From positions 288,001 to 352,000 of the forward strand of contig CAVQBK010000003.1 in assembly GCA_963710755.1 (NCBI GenBank): 64,000 nucleotides of DNA. Direction: 5' to 3'. The notes under the pieces were generated by a model, which saw only the letters and a program-made list of their open reading frames with translations, was not told where the DNA came from and did not search any database. Below, piece by piece: positions 43,942 through 54,956 of this stretch. The translations under genes were made by a program, and so were the position numbers. Origin of the DNA: an uncultured bacterium. Its GTDB lineage: Bacteria > Oederibacteriota > JAAXVQ01 > JAUVAV01. The first letter of the stretch is position 1, and every line of letters starts with the position of its first letter.

Positions 43942-44724
43942 TTAGGCCAAGGGCTTTTCAAATTTGGGACGAAGCAGGAAGGCCATAGGCACCACCAGCA
44001 CATTAATACCTACCAGTAAGACCACACTCAACCACAGGGTTTTCAATAAGGGATAGCCGGCCAGGAATAAAATGCTGTAAAAAAGGACCAAAAAAACCAG
44101 ATTGCCGATGAGGACCTGTACAGGCTCCAAATAGGGTGTGGACAGCAAGCTCATGTTGAGCAACCAGAAGATAACAAAAACCAACAAGCCCAGAATAAAC
44201 CCATAAAATAATAAATTATTCTGCCATCCTTTGGCCTTGGCCTGGAGCATGGCTTTTAGCTCCTCATGAGTGGGGGCAATCGCCAGCAGTACAAAACGGG
44301 ATTGGCCGGTGCGGTAGCCCAGCAGATGATAAGGTGTTCCATAATGAAAGCTGTCCAGGGGTTGGGAAGCCAGGGGTAGTTTGGGCAATAAGATTTCTAC
44401 TGCACCCGTAGCATCATTAAAAAGGGACGGTTCGATATAGGGCCGATCGGTTCTTGTGAAAATCGCGGCAATGGAATTATCCTGGGTGGCCGATGTAATA
44501 GGGCCGTTTAAATAAAGAAGATTCTTATAATTCATATAGTTCGGGGATTGAAGACCACGAACCTGCTGTGGCCCGCGATTGACCACTTTAAGGGCGTTAA
44601 CATATAAACTGGGGCGGCTTAATTGGGTCATGACATGAAGGGTAACCGTAATGAGGAACAAACCCAAAAGGGCCAGGCCGAGCCGCCAAAGTAGAGGTAG
44701 AGGTTTGGGAGATTGGTTGGTCAT
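43942..44724 (-). CDS. Hypothetical membrane protein (1 N-terminal TM, soluble loop, 3 C-terminal TM)
   Basis: Long ORF with clear hydrophobic pattern, ends 8 nt before the cupin start; family not recognised. Confidence 0.7.
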   Translation of the reverse strand: MTNQSPKPLPLLWRLGLALLGLFLITVTLHVMTQLSRPSLYVNALKVVNRGPQQVRGLQSPNYMNYKNLLYLNGPITSATQDNSIAAIFTRTDRPYIEPSLFNDATGAVEILLPKLPLASQPLDSFHYGTPYHLLGYRTGQSRFVLLAIAPTHEELKAMLQAKAKGWQNNLLFYGFILGLLVFVIFWLLNMSLLSTPYLEPVQVLIGNLVFLVLFYSILFLAGYPLLKTLWLSVVLLVGINVLVVPMAFLLRPKFEKPLA

Positions 44725-44844
44725 GAAGCCGCCTTGTGAAGGATTTGGGAATGGGTCTATACTCTTCATTATATCGGCTATAAATAGGGGCAGCAAGTTT
44801 TTTATTCATTTGCTTAAAAAAACGGCCATAAGAAAAAAATTATC

Positions 44845-44873
44845 TTGTCACCATGGCCGTATCTGGTTATAAT
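44845..44873 (+). promoter_or_regulatory. Strong sigma70 promoter of tRNA-Arg / tadA
   Basis: TTGTCA-N17-TATAAT, 13 nt before the tRNA. Confidence 0.85.
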
Positions 44874-44886
44874 TTCTGCCTATTGT

Positions 44887-44963
<77 letters not shown>

Positions 44964-45047
44964 CCTTTTTTCCAGCCAAAATGGTCATCATGATGCAGGA
45001 CACCCTTGCGTGTCCTGGTTTTATTATGTCAGAATCAGGATCAAGCT

Positions 45048-45557
45048 TTGCCGGACAGGTCAGCACTGGACATACACTTTATGCAAGCGGCCTTAAAGTT
45101 GGCCCAAAAAGCCGCCAGCCTGGGAGAAGTGCCGGTGGGCGCGGTCATTGTTCAGCAGGGCAAGATTATTGCCACAGGCTATAATTTGGTGGAGCAGCGC
45201 CAACAGGTTTTGGATCACGCTGAATTGCGCGCCATCAGACAGGCTACAAAAAAAACGGGCTCGTGGCGTCTGGAAGATTGTGATCTTTATGTTACCCTTG
45301 AACCTTGCGCCATGTGCGCCGGCGCCATAACCTGGTCCCGTTTCAAGCGGGTGGTTATTGGCGCCCTTGACCCCAAGGCCGGTGCTTATCAGTCCGTGGT
45401 TCCTGTACTTGGTCATCTCCGGCTCAATCATCGGCCTCAGGTGATCAGCGGGGTAATGGCGGAGGAAAGCAGCGTATTGCTAAAGGAATTTTTTAAGGGT
45501 TTAAGAAAAAAGAAAAAAGTAGAGAGTGGAAAGAAGATCCCCTATGGGAGGGCTTGA
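45048..45557 (+). CDS. tadA: tRNA adenosine(34) deaminase; start uncertain (TTG 45006, TTG 45048 or ATG 45081)
   Basis: GEVPVGAV, HAE, LYVTLEPCAMCAGA, DPKAGA, LNH, FF..LR. Confidence 0.94.
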   Translation: MPDRSALDIHFMQAALKLAQKAASLGEVPVGAVIVQQGKIIATGYNLVEQRQQVLDHAELRAIRQATKKTGSWRLEDCDLYVTLEPCAMCAGAITWSRFKRVVIGALDPKAGAYQSVVPVLGHLRLNHRPQVISGVMAEESSVLLKEFFKGLRKKKKVESGKKIPYGRA

Positions 45558-45577
45558 CTTTTTGCCTAAAGGCTGCT

Positions 45578-45779
<202 letters not shown>

Positions 45780-45969
45780 ACTTTGCAAAATGTTGCAGCA
45801 ATAGAGCAAATGGAAAATCCAGTGCAGCCCATTTGGTTTCCAAACTATTATTTTTCATGTTAAGAAAAGTTGTTTATATTGAAAAACAGCTATACCATTA
45901 TAGTGATAGTAGGTAGGGTACAGGCTACTATTTTCATGGTCTTAGGTCTTGTTCTAAGCGCTAATCAAC

Positions 45970-46061
<92 letters not shown>

Positions 46062-46266
46062 TTTTATAATGAAAATAAATAGAAAAGGGACGCTTCGCGG
46101 TGCTCCAGTTGAGCAAGTAGCTCAATTTACGATCAAAAGATCTTGAATCAATTTAAAAAAATAATCGTTGTCATCGTCCTCAAAAACCGACCTTGCCAAA
46201 GGTGATAGTGATCTCCTTCTTGACAAGGCAAAGTGCTGTCATCCAAAAACATGATGGAGATGACCC

Positions 46267-47277
46267 ATGCCGCTGCGCCTGTTGGAAATAACGCTATCCA
46301 GAAAATCCGAGCAAGAACTCATGCAGCTTTTGGAAGACTATCAGGGGCAGCGCGTTTCCTATGAAGACGTTTCCGAGAACAACGCCTTGGCCCGCATTGT
46401 TCTCCATGCAGAAGAAATCGAACAGTTGACGGATGCTCTGGAAAGCCATTTTTCCGGCCAGGAGGATTTCCGCATGTTGCTCCTGCCGGTCGATGCAACT
46501 TTACCCCGTTTACCGGAACCATCATCACACCAAGAAGCGCCTACCCAGAATGAAAAGGTCAACGCCGAACGAGTCTGGCGGGAAGAACTTTATGACAAGC
46601 TGGTGGATGGTACCAGGCTCAACACAGAATTTCTTTTGATGACCGTATTATCCACGATTGTGGCAGCCATTGGATTGATCGAGGCGAACACGGCCGCCAT
46701 TATTGGGGCCATGGTGATTGCGCCATTGCTGGGACCCAACGTCGCCTTGGCCCTAGGGGTGACTTTGGGTGACGGGCCATTGGTAAAAAAAGCCTTACGC
46801 ATTGCCATGATTCTTTTTGTAGTAGCCCTGGCCGTATCTTTACTGATAGGGTTGGTTTTAAACGTCGATCCTTCCACTCCGGAAATCGCTTCGCGTGTCA
46901 AAGTCGGCTTGGGAGATATTGCCCTGGCTTTGGCTGCCGGCGCTGCGGCGACCTTGGCCTTCGCTGCGGGTAAGGGCGCAGCGCTTATCGGGGTCATGGT
47001 CGCGGTTGCCTTGTTGCCGCCTTTGGCTGCCTTTGGGCTCTTGATTGGCTCAGGACAGTTAGCGCATGCTTGGGGGGCTTTGTTACTTTTGGCTATCAAC
47101 GTGATTTGCATCAACCTCTCCGGGGTATTAACCTTTCTGTTCCAAGGGGTTCATCCTCTTTCCTGGTGGGAGAAAAGTGCAGCTAAGAAATACACCCGTC
47201 AGGCCATTATTTTTTGGGTCATATTATTATTGGGACTTGCACTGGTGATATGGTTTATCCGGAATGCTCAATCTTAA
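46267..47277 (+). CDS. TIGR00341 / DUF389 family membrane protein
   Basis: IIGAMVIAPLLGP, GVMVAVALLPP, NVICINL. Confidence 0.9.
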   Translation: MPLRLLEITLSRKSEQELMQLLEDYQGQRVSYEDVSENNALARIVLHAEEIEQLTDALESHFSGQEDFRMLLLPVDATLPRLPEPSSHQEAPTQNEKVNAERVWREELYDKLVDGTRLNTEFLLMTVLSTIVAAIGLIEANTAAIIGAMVIAPLLGPNVALALGVTLGDGPLVKKALRIAMILFVVALAVSLLIGLVLNVDPSTPEIASRVKVGLGDIALALAAGAAATLAFAAGKGAALIGVMVAVALLPPLAAFGLLIGSGQLAHAWGALLLLAINVICINLSGVLTFLFQGVHPLSWWEKSAAKKYTRQAIIFWVILLLGLALVIWFIRNAQS

Positions 47278-47663
47278 GACCGCCAGCCCTGACGCCATGG
47301 CCACAAAAGAAGTCATTGCTCCCCAAATTATTGCTGATACCTGAGGCAGGGTGTATGAGGTCTTAGACGACAGCAAACCAACGTTATCCTTTTGAGGCAT
47401 GTTCTTGGGCACAGTGATAACGTCATCGCAGCACCAAAGTTCATGGGGAGAGCAGACGGGTCGAAGAACAGGGAGAGCTATAGTATAGCTTGGCGGTTAA
47501 GGATCATTTGAGTTTTAGTCCTGATGTTCAGTGGGCCAGGAAGCCTATGGGATGGGAAAGACATCAAGCCGGTACCGGCGTTTGCGTATGGGAAATATGA
47601 ACACAAATAGATTTATAGGCTGATCATTTTCAGTAACCATCATTATTAATGAAGAGGGACAAG

Positions 47664-48344
47664 ATGCACATTCCAGACGGCTATTTAAGTCCAGCCACAT
47701 GCGCTGTTTTTTATGCGGTCATGACGCCTATCTGGGCCGTGGCGTCGCGTAAGGTGCAGCAAACTCTCAAGGCCAGGCAAGTGCCCTACATGGCCATGGG
47801 CGCGGCCTTCAGTTTTGTACTCATGATGTTCAACGTGCCCATCCCGGGAGGCTCCACCGGTCATGCTGTTGGCGGTGTTTTGATCGCCATCCTTATCGGG
47901 CCTTGGGCCGCCTGTATTGCCATGACCGTCGCCTTGGTGGTTCAGGCGCTGCTCTTTGGGGACGGCGGCATTATCGCTATTGGCGCCAATTGTTTTAACA
48001 TGGCTTTTGTGTTGCCCTTTGTGGGATATTTTACCTATCGTCTGCTTAGCGCCGGCAGTCCGGGTACTTCTGTCCGGCGGGTGGTGGCCGCAGGTATAGG
48101 CGCGTATATCGGTATTAATGCTGCCGCCTTGGCCACGGGAATTGAATTTGGTCTGCAACCTTTATTATATCATACCGCCGACGGTCGGGCATTATACTGT
48201 CCCTATGGTCTTGCCGTGGCGGTGCCGGCCATGGTAGTCTCTCATTTGCTCATCTTCGGGTGGATAGAAGCCACAGTAACCGCCTTGGTGATCAAGGTGA
48301 TGCAAAAACAAAATGCAGACCTTATGGAAGGTATGGCCCAATGA
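47664..48344 (+). CDS. cbiM: Ni/Co ECF transporter S component CbiM/NikM
   Basis: N-terminal MHIPDGYL, PGGSTGH, LFGDGG..IGAN. Confidence 0.94.
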   Translation: MHIPDGYLSPATCAVFYAVMTPIWAVASRKVQQTLKARQVPYMAMGAAFSFVLMMFNVPIPGGSTGHAVGGVLIAILIGPWAACIAMTVALVVQALLFGDGGIIAIGANCFNMAFVLPFVGYFTYRLLSAGSPGTSVRRVVAAGIGAYIGINAAALATGIEFGLQPLLYHTADGRALYCPYGLAVAVPAMVVSHLLIFGWIEATVTALVIKVMQKQNADLMEGMAQ

Positions 48345-48676
48345 AGAGGACCAAAAAACTTTGGATAGGTCTGGTCGTATTGACGGTACTGACGCCACTG
48401 GGGCTGATTCTGCCTGACTATTTTCAAGCTGGCGCGGCCTGGGGCGAATGGGGCATGGTTGAAATTGAAAAACTGGTCGGCTACAGTCCTCAAGGGTTGG
48501 TCCGCTGGGCAAGTTGGTGGCATGCGCCTATGCCTGATTACGCCTTCCACGGCTGGGAAAATAAAGGTCTGGGGCTGCACAGCTTGACCTATATTTTATC
48601 CGCTCTTTTGGGGGTGGTAGTGACGGTCACCATAGTTTGGATCATTGGAAAAAAACTGGCGAAAAAGGATAAGTAG
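48341..48676 (+). CDS. PDGLE-domain (NikN-like) accessory membrane protein
   Basis: TPLGL..AWGEW..APMPDY; ATGA overlap with cbiM. Confidence 0.85.
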   Translation: MKRTKKLWIGLVVLTVLTPLGLILPDYFQAGAAWGEWGMVEIEKLVGYSPQGLVRWASWWHAPMPDYAFHGWENKGLGLHSLTYILSALLGVVVTVTIVWIIGKKLAKKDK

Positions 48677-48679
48677 CTG

Positions 48680-49519
48680 TTGAGCAAAAAACATGATTTT
48701 ATAGAGCATTCCATTCTTGGGGCCGTGCGGTTTTTAAAAGAGGCGACCTTGGTTGAAGCGCAGGCCCAGCGCCAGGGGATGCTGCAAACTTGGGACCCTC
48801 GCTTTAAAACCATGGCACTGGTCGTATTGATCGTGACCGCAGTTTCTTTAAAGCATGCACAAACGATAGGGGTGTTATATGGACTTTGTCTGGTAATGGC
48901 GCTGTGGTCACGCCTTCCTCTGGGGTATTTTTTGCTCAGAACCTGGACATTCATTCCTCTCTTTTCTCTTGTGGCGGCTCTGCCGGCCTTGTTCAGTGTT
49001 GTGTCGCCGGGGCCGGCGCTATGGAGCACGAAAATATTCGGTTTTGCTGTGACCATTACCGCTCCCGGGATAAAAACAGCCGTACTTTTTGTGGCGCGTA
49101 TCGCTACAGCAGTGTCCCTGGCAGTCCTCTTGTCACTGACCACCAAGCACAGTCAATTACTGCAAGCCTTGCGGGCGTTTCGGGTTCCTCGCCCTTTTAT
49201 CTTGACAGCAGCCTTGATGTACCGTTATTTGTACCAATTAGCGGTGATGGTGGAAAATACATTTATAGCCATCAAAAGCCGGGTGGGGGTGGTTGACCAC
49301 CACCGAAAAGGACAAGTGCTGGTGGCCTGGAATATTACCAATCTTTGGAACCGGGCGAATCACATGAACGAAGAGGTTTATTTAGCCATGCACTCCAGAG
49401 GCTATATGGGGGAAGCGCAGGTCTTGAACCAAGGTAAGCCCAGAGCCAGGGATTGGTGGGCGACCATGGTGGTGGTGACCATTGCGCTCGGTCTGTTTTG
49501 GATGGAGTCCAAGCTATGA
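48680..49519 (+). CDS. cbiQ: Ni/Co ECF transporter T component
   Basis: DPRFK, YRY, SR, AMHSRGY motifs. Confidence 0.92.
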   Translation: MSKKHDFIEHSILGAVRFLKEATLVEAQAQRQGMLQTWDPRFKTMALVVLIVTAVSLKHAQTIGVLYGLCLVMALWSRLPLGYFLLRTWTFIPLFSLVAALPALFSVVSPGPALWSTKIFGFAVTITAPGIKTAVLFVARIATAVSLAVLLSLTTKHSQLLQALRAFRVPRPFILTAALMYRYLYQLAVMVENTFIAIKSRVGVVDHHRKGQVLVAWNITNLWNRANHMNEEVYLAMHSRGYMGEAQVLNQGKPRARDWWATMVVVTIALGLFWMESKL

Positions 49520-50337
49520 CAGAGGTTGTTTTTGAATTAAAAGGCTTGCATTATCAGTACCAGCAACGATATCCAGCCTTAAGTGATATTGATTTGACCA
49601 TTCAAGCTGGTGAGCGCATTGCGGTTATTGGTGCCAATGGCACGGGCAAGTCCACCTTGCTTCATCTTCTGGACGGGCTGCTTTTTCCAGACAAGGGCAG
49701 TATCCGGGCTTTTAACGAGGAATTAAATGAAGCCTTTTTTCAAGATCCCAACCGGGCACGTCGTTTTCGAAGCCGGGTCGGCTTGGTCTTTCAAAATCCT
49801 GACATCCAGCTTTTTTGCCCCTCTGTAAGAGAAGATATCGCTTTTGGACCTTTGCAACTAGGGGTCGATAAGGTTACCGTCGGCCAAAGGCTGGAGGCCG
49901 TGGCGCAGGCCATGAATATCATGCCTTTGCTGGACAGAATACCTCATCAACTCAGCATCGGCGAAAAAAAGAAGGTGGCTATTGCTACGGTCCTGGCGAT
50001 TGATCCGGAAGTGATTATTTTTGATGAACCGACTGCCGGCCTCGATCCTCAGACCATACGTCATATCATCGGGCTGATCAATCACGCTCACGGCCAAGGG
50101 AAAACCATTGTGGTGGCCACACATGATTTGCATATCGTGGGCGAAATTGCCGACAGGGTTTGTGTTTTTGACCAGCATAAAAAAATTGTCAGACAGGACC
50201 AGCCGCTCCCCCTGCTCACCGACCAGGCTTTTCTACAAGCCCACAATCTTATCCACCTGCACAGTCATATCCATGGTGGTCAATTTCATGTCCATCCCCA
50301 TAGCCATGCCCAAACGTCCACGGAGGAAGGCCTTTAA
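49516..50337 (+). CDS. cbiO: Ni/Co ECF transporter ATPase with His-rich tail
   Basis: GANGTGKST, FQNPD.QLF, LSIGEKK, DEPTAGLD; tail HLHSHIHGGQFHVHPHSH. Confidence 0.93.
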   Translation: MTEVVFELKGLHYQYQQRYPALSDIDLTIQAGERIAVIGANGTGKSTLLHLLDGLLFPDKGSIRAFNEELNEAFFQDPNRARRFRSRVGLVFQNPDIQLFCPSVREDIAFGPLQLGVDKVTVGQRLEAVAQAMNIMPLLDRIPHQLSIGEKKKVAIATVLAIDPEVIIFDEPTAGLDPQTIRHIIGLINHAHGQGKTIVVATHDLHIVGEIADRVCVFDQHKKIVRQDQPLPLLTDQAFLQAHNLIHLHSHIHGGQFHVHPHSHAQTSTEEGL

Positions 50338-50448
50338 AAGTCAGGCCGCATAACCATTTTGATGGATTTTTACACAAAGTTTGATAAAATACAGCCCGTT
50401 TATGGTAGACGGCCGGGGGCCATCAAGATTACCAAATCACCCTGTCGT

Positions 50449-50524
50449 GGGGCAGTAGCTCAGTTGGGAGAGCGCCGCGTTCGCAACGCGGAGGCCGACG
50501 GTTCGATCCCGTTCTGCTCCACCA
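50449..50524 (+). tRNA. tRNA-Ala (anticodon CGC)
   Basis: GGGGCAG/CTGCTCC with G3:U70, CCGCG-TTCGCAA-CGCGG, ACCA end. Confidence 0.97.
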
Positions 50525-50718
50525 GTTTATGATGGTTTATCCTGCTGACTATTCATGGAAACTTGAATTTCCTGCCTTGTTGATAATACTCATTACGATT
50601 ACCCCTTACCCAGCAACTACTGTACTGCCAATATTTTTCACTAGAACCAACTACAGCCGGAAGCACAACGACTCGATCCTATAGTTAGATAAGCTCTATT
50701 ACGCCTTAGGATAGGATC

Positions 50719-52191
50719 ATGAATACTACGCCCAAATTGATTGAATCCGTTTATGATGTTTATCATCCTGAATATAATATTCAATTAAAATTGACGGATT
50801 ACCACACCGCCTGTTATCTGAGTGTTAAATTAAAAAATAAAACCTTCAGCATACAACCGAGCCATATTCGCGAAGCTTTAAACCAATATAAAATTACCGT
50901 GGGTGTAAATGCAGAGGAGATAATCACCTTATGTCAAAAGCTGCAACAAGGCCAGGTTGTTGAAAATGAGCTTATCGCCCAAGGTACCTTGCCGCAAGCG
51001 GGAACGCCGGCGTCTCTCGAGTTTTTTATTAAACCCTTTTCTTTTGAGCCTGAATTTGAGGAAAACGATAAAGGTAAGATTAATTTTAAGGAGTGCAATC
51101 TTTTTGAGAATGTAGAGGCAGAGTGTAAAATCGCGCGATGGCAGGCTGCGGTCTTGGGTCAGAACGGACAGGCGGTGACGGGAGAAGTCATACCCGCTAA
51201 GCTTGTGGCCAATTTTACGGTCAAGGCCGGCAAGGGCATGGAGGAAAGAGAAGGCCATGAATTTTATTCCACGGAAAAAGGCCGGGTAATTCTTAATCAC
51301 AACGAACTGAGTATTTCCGATGAGTATGTCATCAGCAAGGATGTGGATTACAATATAGGCCATATCGACTTTGTGGGTTATGTGCAGGTCAATGGCGAAG
51401 TCTGCGACGGGTTTAATATCACTGCTAAAAAAGGCATCCGAATCTATAAAAATGTTGGCCATTGCCGGCTTGCTTCCGACGGAGACATTGAGATTAACGG
51501 TATGAACGGCCGTAATGAGGAGGCGACCATTCATTGCGGTGGCAATCTGACCGCTCGATATTTAAATAATGTAACCGTGGAATGTAAAGGTGATATTCAT
51601 ATCTGGAAGGATCTTTACAACTGTACGGTTAAGTGCAAAGGCAAAATCATGGTCAATGGACGGGTGATTGGCGGAACCACTATCGCCTTGGCAGGCCTGG
51701 AAGCCAAAGAAATTGGATCAGACCGGGGCGTGAATACAACCATCATGGCAGGAGTGGATTACGAGGATTTGGAAAGATTAAACGATTATTATGGAAAGTT
51801 GGTGGAGACCACAGCGCAATGGAAGAGCTGGATCATTCGCTCCGTGCCCCGTGGTCATGCCTGCCTATATCCGTGGAACCTCAATTTAAATAGACAAGAG
51901 ATAGAGCAGCTTTTTAAAAATTTCAGCCTCCTCAGGAACATGGAAAACGACTTGCAACACAAAATTACTTGCCTGCGCTTAGCCCGCGCTGATTTGGCCA
52001 ATCCTAAGATCAATTTTGACCAACAACTCAGTGCCGGTACTAAGCTGGACTTGGGCGGCAGCCATGTGGATATCAAGGAATCTATCCCTGGGCCCAAGTC
52101 CATGTTGGAAGTGCAAGGACAAGAAGTGATAATTACAGATAAAACCCCGCTCAATAAAAAGTCGGTTTCCCGGGAACATGAGCCGGGTTAA
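50719..52191 (+). CDS. FapA / DUF342 family protein
   Basis: IAQG..P..G, GKINFKE..FENV, DVDYNIGHIDF.G.V.V.G.V.DGF, beta-helix repeats. Confidence 0.85.
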   Translation: MNTTPKLIESVYDVYHPEYNIQLKLTDYHTACYLSVKLKNKTFSIQPSHIREALNQYKITVGVNAEEIITLCQKLQQGQVVENELIAQGTLPQAGTPASLEFFIKPFSFEPEFEENDKGKINFKECNLFENVEAECKIARWQAAVLGQNGQAVTGEVIPAKLVANFTVKAGKGMEEREGHEFYSTEKGRVILNHNELSISDEYVISKDVDYNIGHIDFVGYVQVNGEVCDGFNITAKKGIRIYKNVGHCRLASDGDIEINGMNGRNEEATIHCGGNLTARYLNNVTVECKGDIHIWKDLYNCTVKCKGKIMVNGRVIGGTTIALAGLEAKEIGSDRGVNTTIMAGVDYEDLERLNDYYGKLVETTAQWKSWIIRSVPRGHACLYPWNLNLNRQEIEQLFKNFSLLRNMENDLQHKITCLRLARADLANPKINFDQQLSAGTKLDLGGSHVDIKESIPGPKSMLEVQGQEVIITDKTPLNKKSVSREHEPG

Positions 52192-52561
52192 TTAAGCCTT
52201 TGTAAACAAACAAGTCCGTCCTGCCGGGTTGGCACCACCTTTAATCCCTGTTTGGTTCTTTCGAAAATTTATAGCCATCAAGATGAAAAAGTGCTAGCCT
52301 ATAGTCCTTAATTGATCAATGAATAGCAGAATGCTTAGCCCATAAAAAAGGCTTTTACTGTGGCCAGATCTTTTATAATGCCATGGTTTCCAACAAAAGC
52401 TCAATAGATCAGTAATGTTATGCAATTAGTGATAATGTTTGCTGAGCGAGTTACATCCTATTTTATTAAAGGGTGTTCTTATTTTCCAAGTATCAAAAAG
52501 AATTGAGCCCACAACTAATAGAATAAAGCAAGATCCCAGGCCTTCCCAGGAGGGTATGCTG

Positions 52562-53836
52562 ATGAAACGAATAATGGCAGGACTCTTTCTCTTTCTCGGA
52601 TTAGCCCTGAACAGTTACAGCCTGACCTTTGAAGATTATTGGAGCCAAGTACAGCAGCATAATCCCCATTTGAACCAAGCCAAAACCTTGTGGCAGGCCG
52701 ACGAAGAAAAGGCGCACTATCTTGGTCTCTGGCCCAACCCCATGATCAAAGCGTCTATCCTGAATTTACCCATTAATGAATTAAATTTTGACCGCACACC
52801 CATGAGTGGTAAACAATTAATGCTAACCCAGGACATTCCCTGGTGGCAGGCACCGCTGCAGGGTGAGATCGCGCGAGCTCAAGTCAATGTAGCCCAAGCA
52901 AACTACGAGAAAACCTTATGGGAGTTAAGGAAACAAAGCCTGCATGCTTATTATGCACTTTGGTATGACCGGGAGGAAGAACGCATTCTCAACCATGAGC
53001 TGTTGTTGTACCAAAAGATGGCGTCCATTGCCCGGGCTAAGTATGAACGGGGCAATGGCTTGGAACAGGATGTCTTGCGAGCTCAGCTGGAAGAACAATT
53101 GTTGCAACATCGCCTGCTGATGAATGCCAGCCGTCAGGTTGCGGATCAACAAATGTTTATTGCACTTCTGGGTGATGGCGAAAACCCTTTAAAATATGAA
53201 GAAAAATTAAATGCGCCGCAGGTGACACACTTAATGCTCTCCCAAGTGGTGGCCACAGGTTTGCGTCAAAACCCGGAATTGGACCAATTACGCTCGATAG
53301 TAAAACTCAAAGAAAAAGAGGCCACACGGGCTGCCACCACCTGGATTCCCACGCTGGAAATTTCCGGGTATTACACCTGGAGGGAAAACGTCACGGGTGA
53401 TCCGGTCAAAGGCGAAGATTTTGTGGGGGCTGCCGTGGGCCTTAAGCTGCCGCTGTTGTTTCCATTAAGAGAAACCGCCCAGGCCCAGGCCGGACGATTG
53501 GCCTTGCAAGCTGCTCAAAAGGGCCTGGCTGATGCCACCAACAATATTACAGCCCAACTCCAGGCGATTGTGGCCAAGTTGGAACAACTGGAAGCGTCTT
53601 ATCAACTATATCAGCATGAAATCATTCCCCAGGTTCAGGCCACGGTCACGTCCTCCTTAAGCGCGTATCAAACCGGCAAGAGCGATTTTCTGACCGTCGT
53701 TAACAATGAATCCCTTTTAATCCAGCAGGAATTGGATGGCCGGGCGGTGGCACTTGATTACATGCAGGCGGTTGGGTCTTTGGAGGCGCTCGTGAAAGAA
53801 TCACTTTTATACCAGGAGACAAAAGCTCATGAATAA
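52562..53836 (+). CDS. TolC-family outer membrane efflux protein (CusC-like)
   Basis: Signal peptide, NP.L, YERG...QDVLRAQ, YQTGK.DFL; RBS GGAGG; first gene of RND operon. Confidence 0.9.
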   Translation: MKRIMAGLFLFLGLALNSYSLTFEDYWSQVQQHNPHLNQAKTLWQADEEKAHYLGLWPNPMIKASILNLPINELNFDRTPMSGKQLMLTQDIPWWQAPLQGEIARAQVNVAQANYEKTLWELRKQSLHAYYALWYDREEERILNHELLLYQKMASIARAKYERGNGLEQDVLRAQLEEQLLQHRLLMNASRQVADQQMFIALLGDGENPLKYEEKLNAPQVTHLMLSQVVATGLRQNPELDQLRSIVKLKEKEATRAATTWIPTLEISGYYTWRENVTGDPVKGEDFVGAAVGLKLPLLFPLRETAQAQAGRLALQAAQKGLADATNNITAQLQAIVAKLEQLEASYQLYQHEIIPQVQATVTSSLSAYQTGKSDFLTVVNNESLLIQQELDGRAVALDYMQAVGSLEALVKESLLYQETKAHE

Positions 53837-54902
53837 GAAGCGTCCTATTTATATTATGGCCGTGATCCTTTTGCTGGCCACTGCTTTTGGCCTGACCAGC
53901 TGCGGTCAAAACGCTCCGGCCAAAGCAACGGTATTGTATCATTGCCCCATGCATCCTCAAATTGTTTCCGATCATCCTGGCAAATGCCCGATCTGCGGCA
54001 TGGATCTGGTGGTGTTTCATCCCCAGGAGGATAAAGCGCCGGCAGTTGATAATGAACAGGACCACACCAACCCGGCGCATAAAGAAGAAAACATGGTCAT
54101 GAACGAGGCGCCCAGCGGTTATGCCACCATCACGCTCAATAGCGAAAAACAACAACTCATTGGTGTGCAAACCGTGCCCGTGATCACCGAAGCCTTAACG
54201 TATGCCTTGAGGGTGTGGGGTGAAGTGGCGCATGATCCGGAGATGTACCAGGCTCAGGTGGAATATTTAAAGACCGCAGGCTATGGAGGCGGGCTGGCTT
54301 CAGCCTCCAAGATTAAATTGGAACATATGGGCATGAGTCAGGCTCAGATTCGGGCGCTGGAAAGAAGCGGGCGCGCCAAACTTAATCTCATTGTAGACAG
54401 TCAGGATCCATTGTTTTGGATCTATGCCTATTTCTATGAACCCGATTTGCCCCAGGTCAAGATCAATCAACCGGTGACCATCACTATTCCCAGCATGGAT
54501 CACAAGGTGATGCAGGGCACGCTCAAAGGTCTGCAGCCCTACATTGACACAAAAAGCAGAACCGACCGGGGCATTGTGGAAGTGAGGGACAAGAGCTTGA
54601 GCCTCAAACCGGGCCTGTTTGTCAATGCCAGCGCTAATGTTCAGCTGGCACCGGCGTTGGTTATTCCCAACAGCAGCATTATTGATACGGGCGAGCGTCA
54701 GATCGTGTTTGTAAAAAAAGGCGCGGGCACTTTTGAAGCAAGACAAGTCCGCGTAGGGAAATCCAATGGCACCTTAACCCAAGTGATCAGCGGCCTGACC
54801 TCAGGGGAACAAGTGGTGGTGAGTGGTAACTTCATGCTCGACTCGGAAAGTAAAATTGAAGCCACCATGAAAAAAGGCATGACCGGCGGCCATCATCATT
54901 GA
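53829..54902 (+). CDS. cusB: RND periplasmic adaptor with heavy-metal-binding domain
   Basis: Lipobox-like LTSC, YHCPMHP..PGKCPICGMDL, LKPGLF, GNFMLDSES. Confidence 0.88.
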   Translation: MNKKRPIYIMAVILLLATAFGLTSCGQNAPAKATVLYHCPMHPQIVSDHPGKCPICGMDLVVFHPQEDKAPAVDNEQDHTNPAHKEENMVMNEAPSGYATITLNSEKQQLIGVQTVPVITEALTYALRVWGEVAHDPEMYQAQVEYLKTAGYGGGLASASKIKLEHMGMSQAQIRALERSGRAKLNLIVDSQDPLFWIYAYFYEPDLPQVKINQPVTITIPSMDHKVMQGTLKGLQPYIDTKSRTDRGIVEVRDKSLSLKPGLFVNASANVQLAPALVIPNSSIIDTGERQIVFVKKGAGTFEARQVRVGKSNGTLTQVISGLTSGEQVVVSGNFMLDSESKIEATMKKGMTGGHHH

Positions 54903-54956
54903 GCACGTTATCTTCAGACAGGGAAGGATCGCATCGCTTTTGATCAAGGTGATTAA

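Noticed and set aside
47278-47663. Cobalamin riboswitch upstream of cbiM
   Set aside because: No AGGGAA..GGTG.AA.TCC core or GCCACTG / B12-box visible
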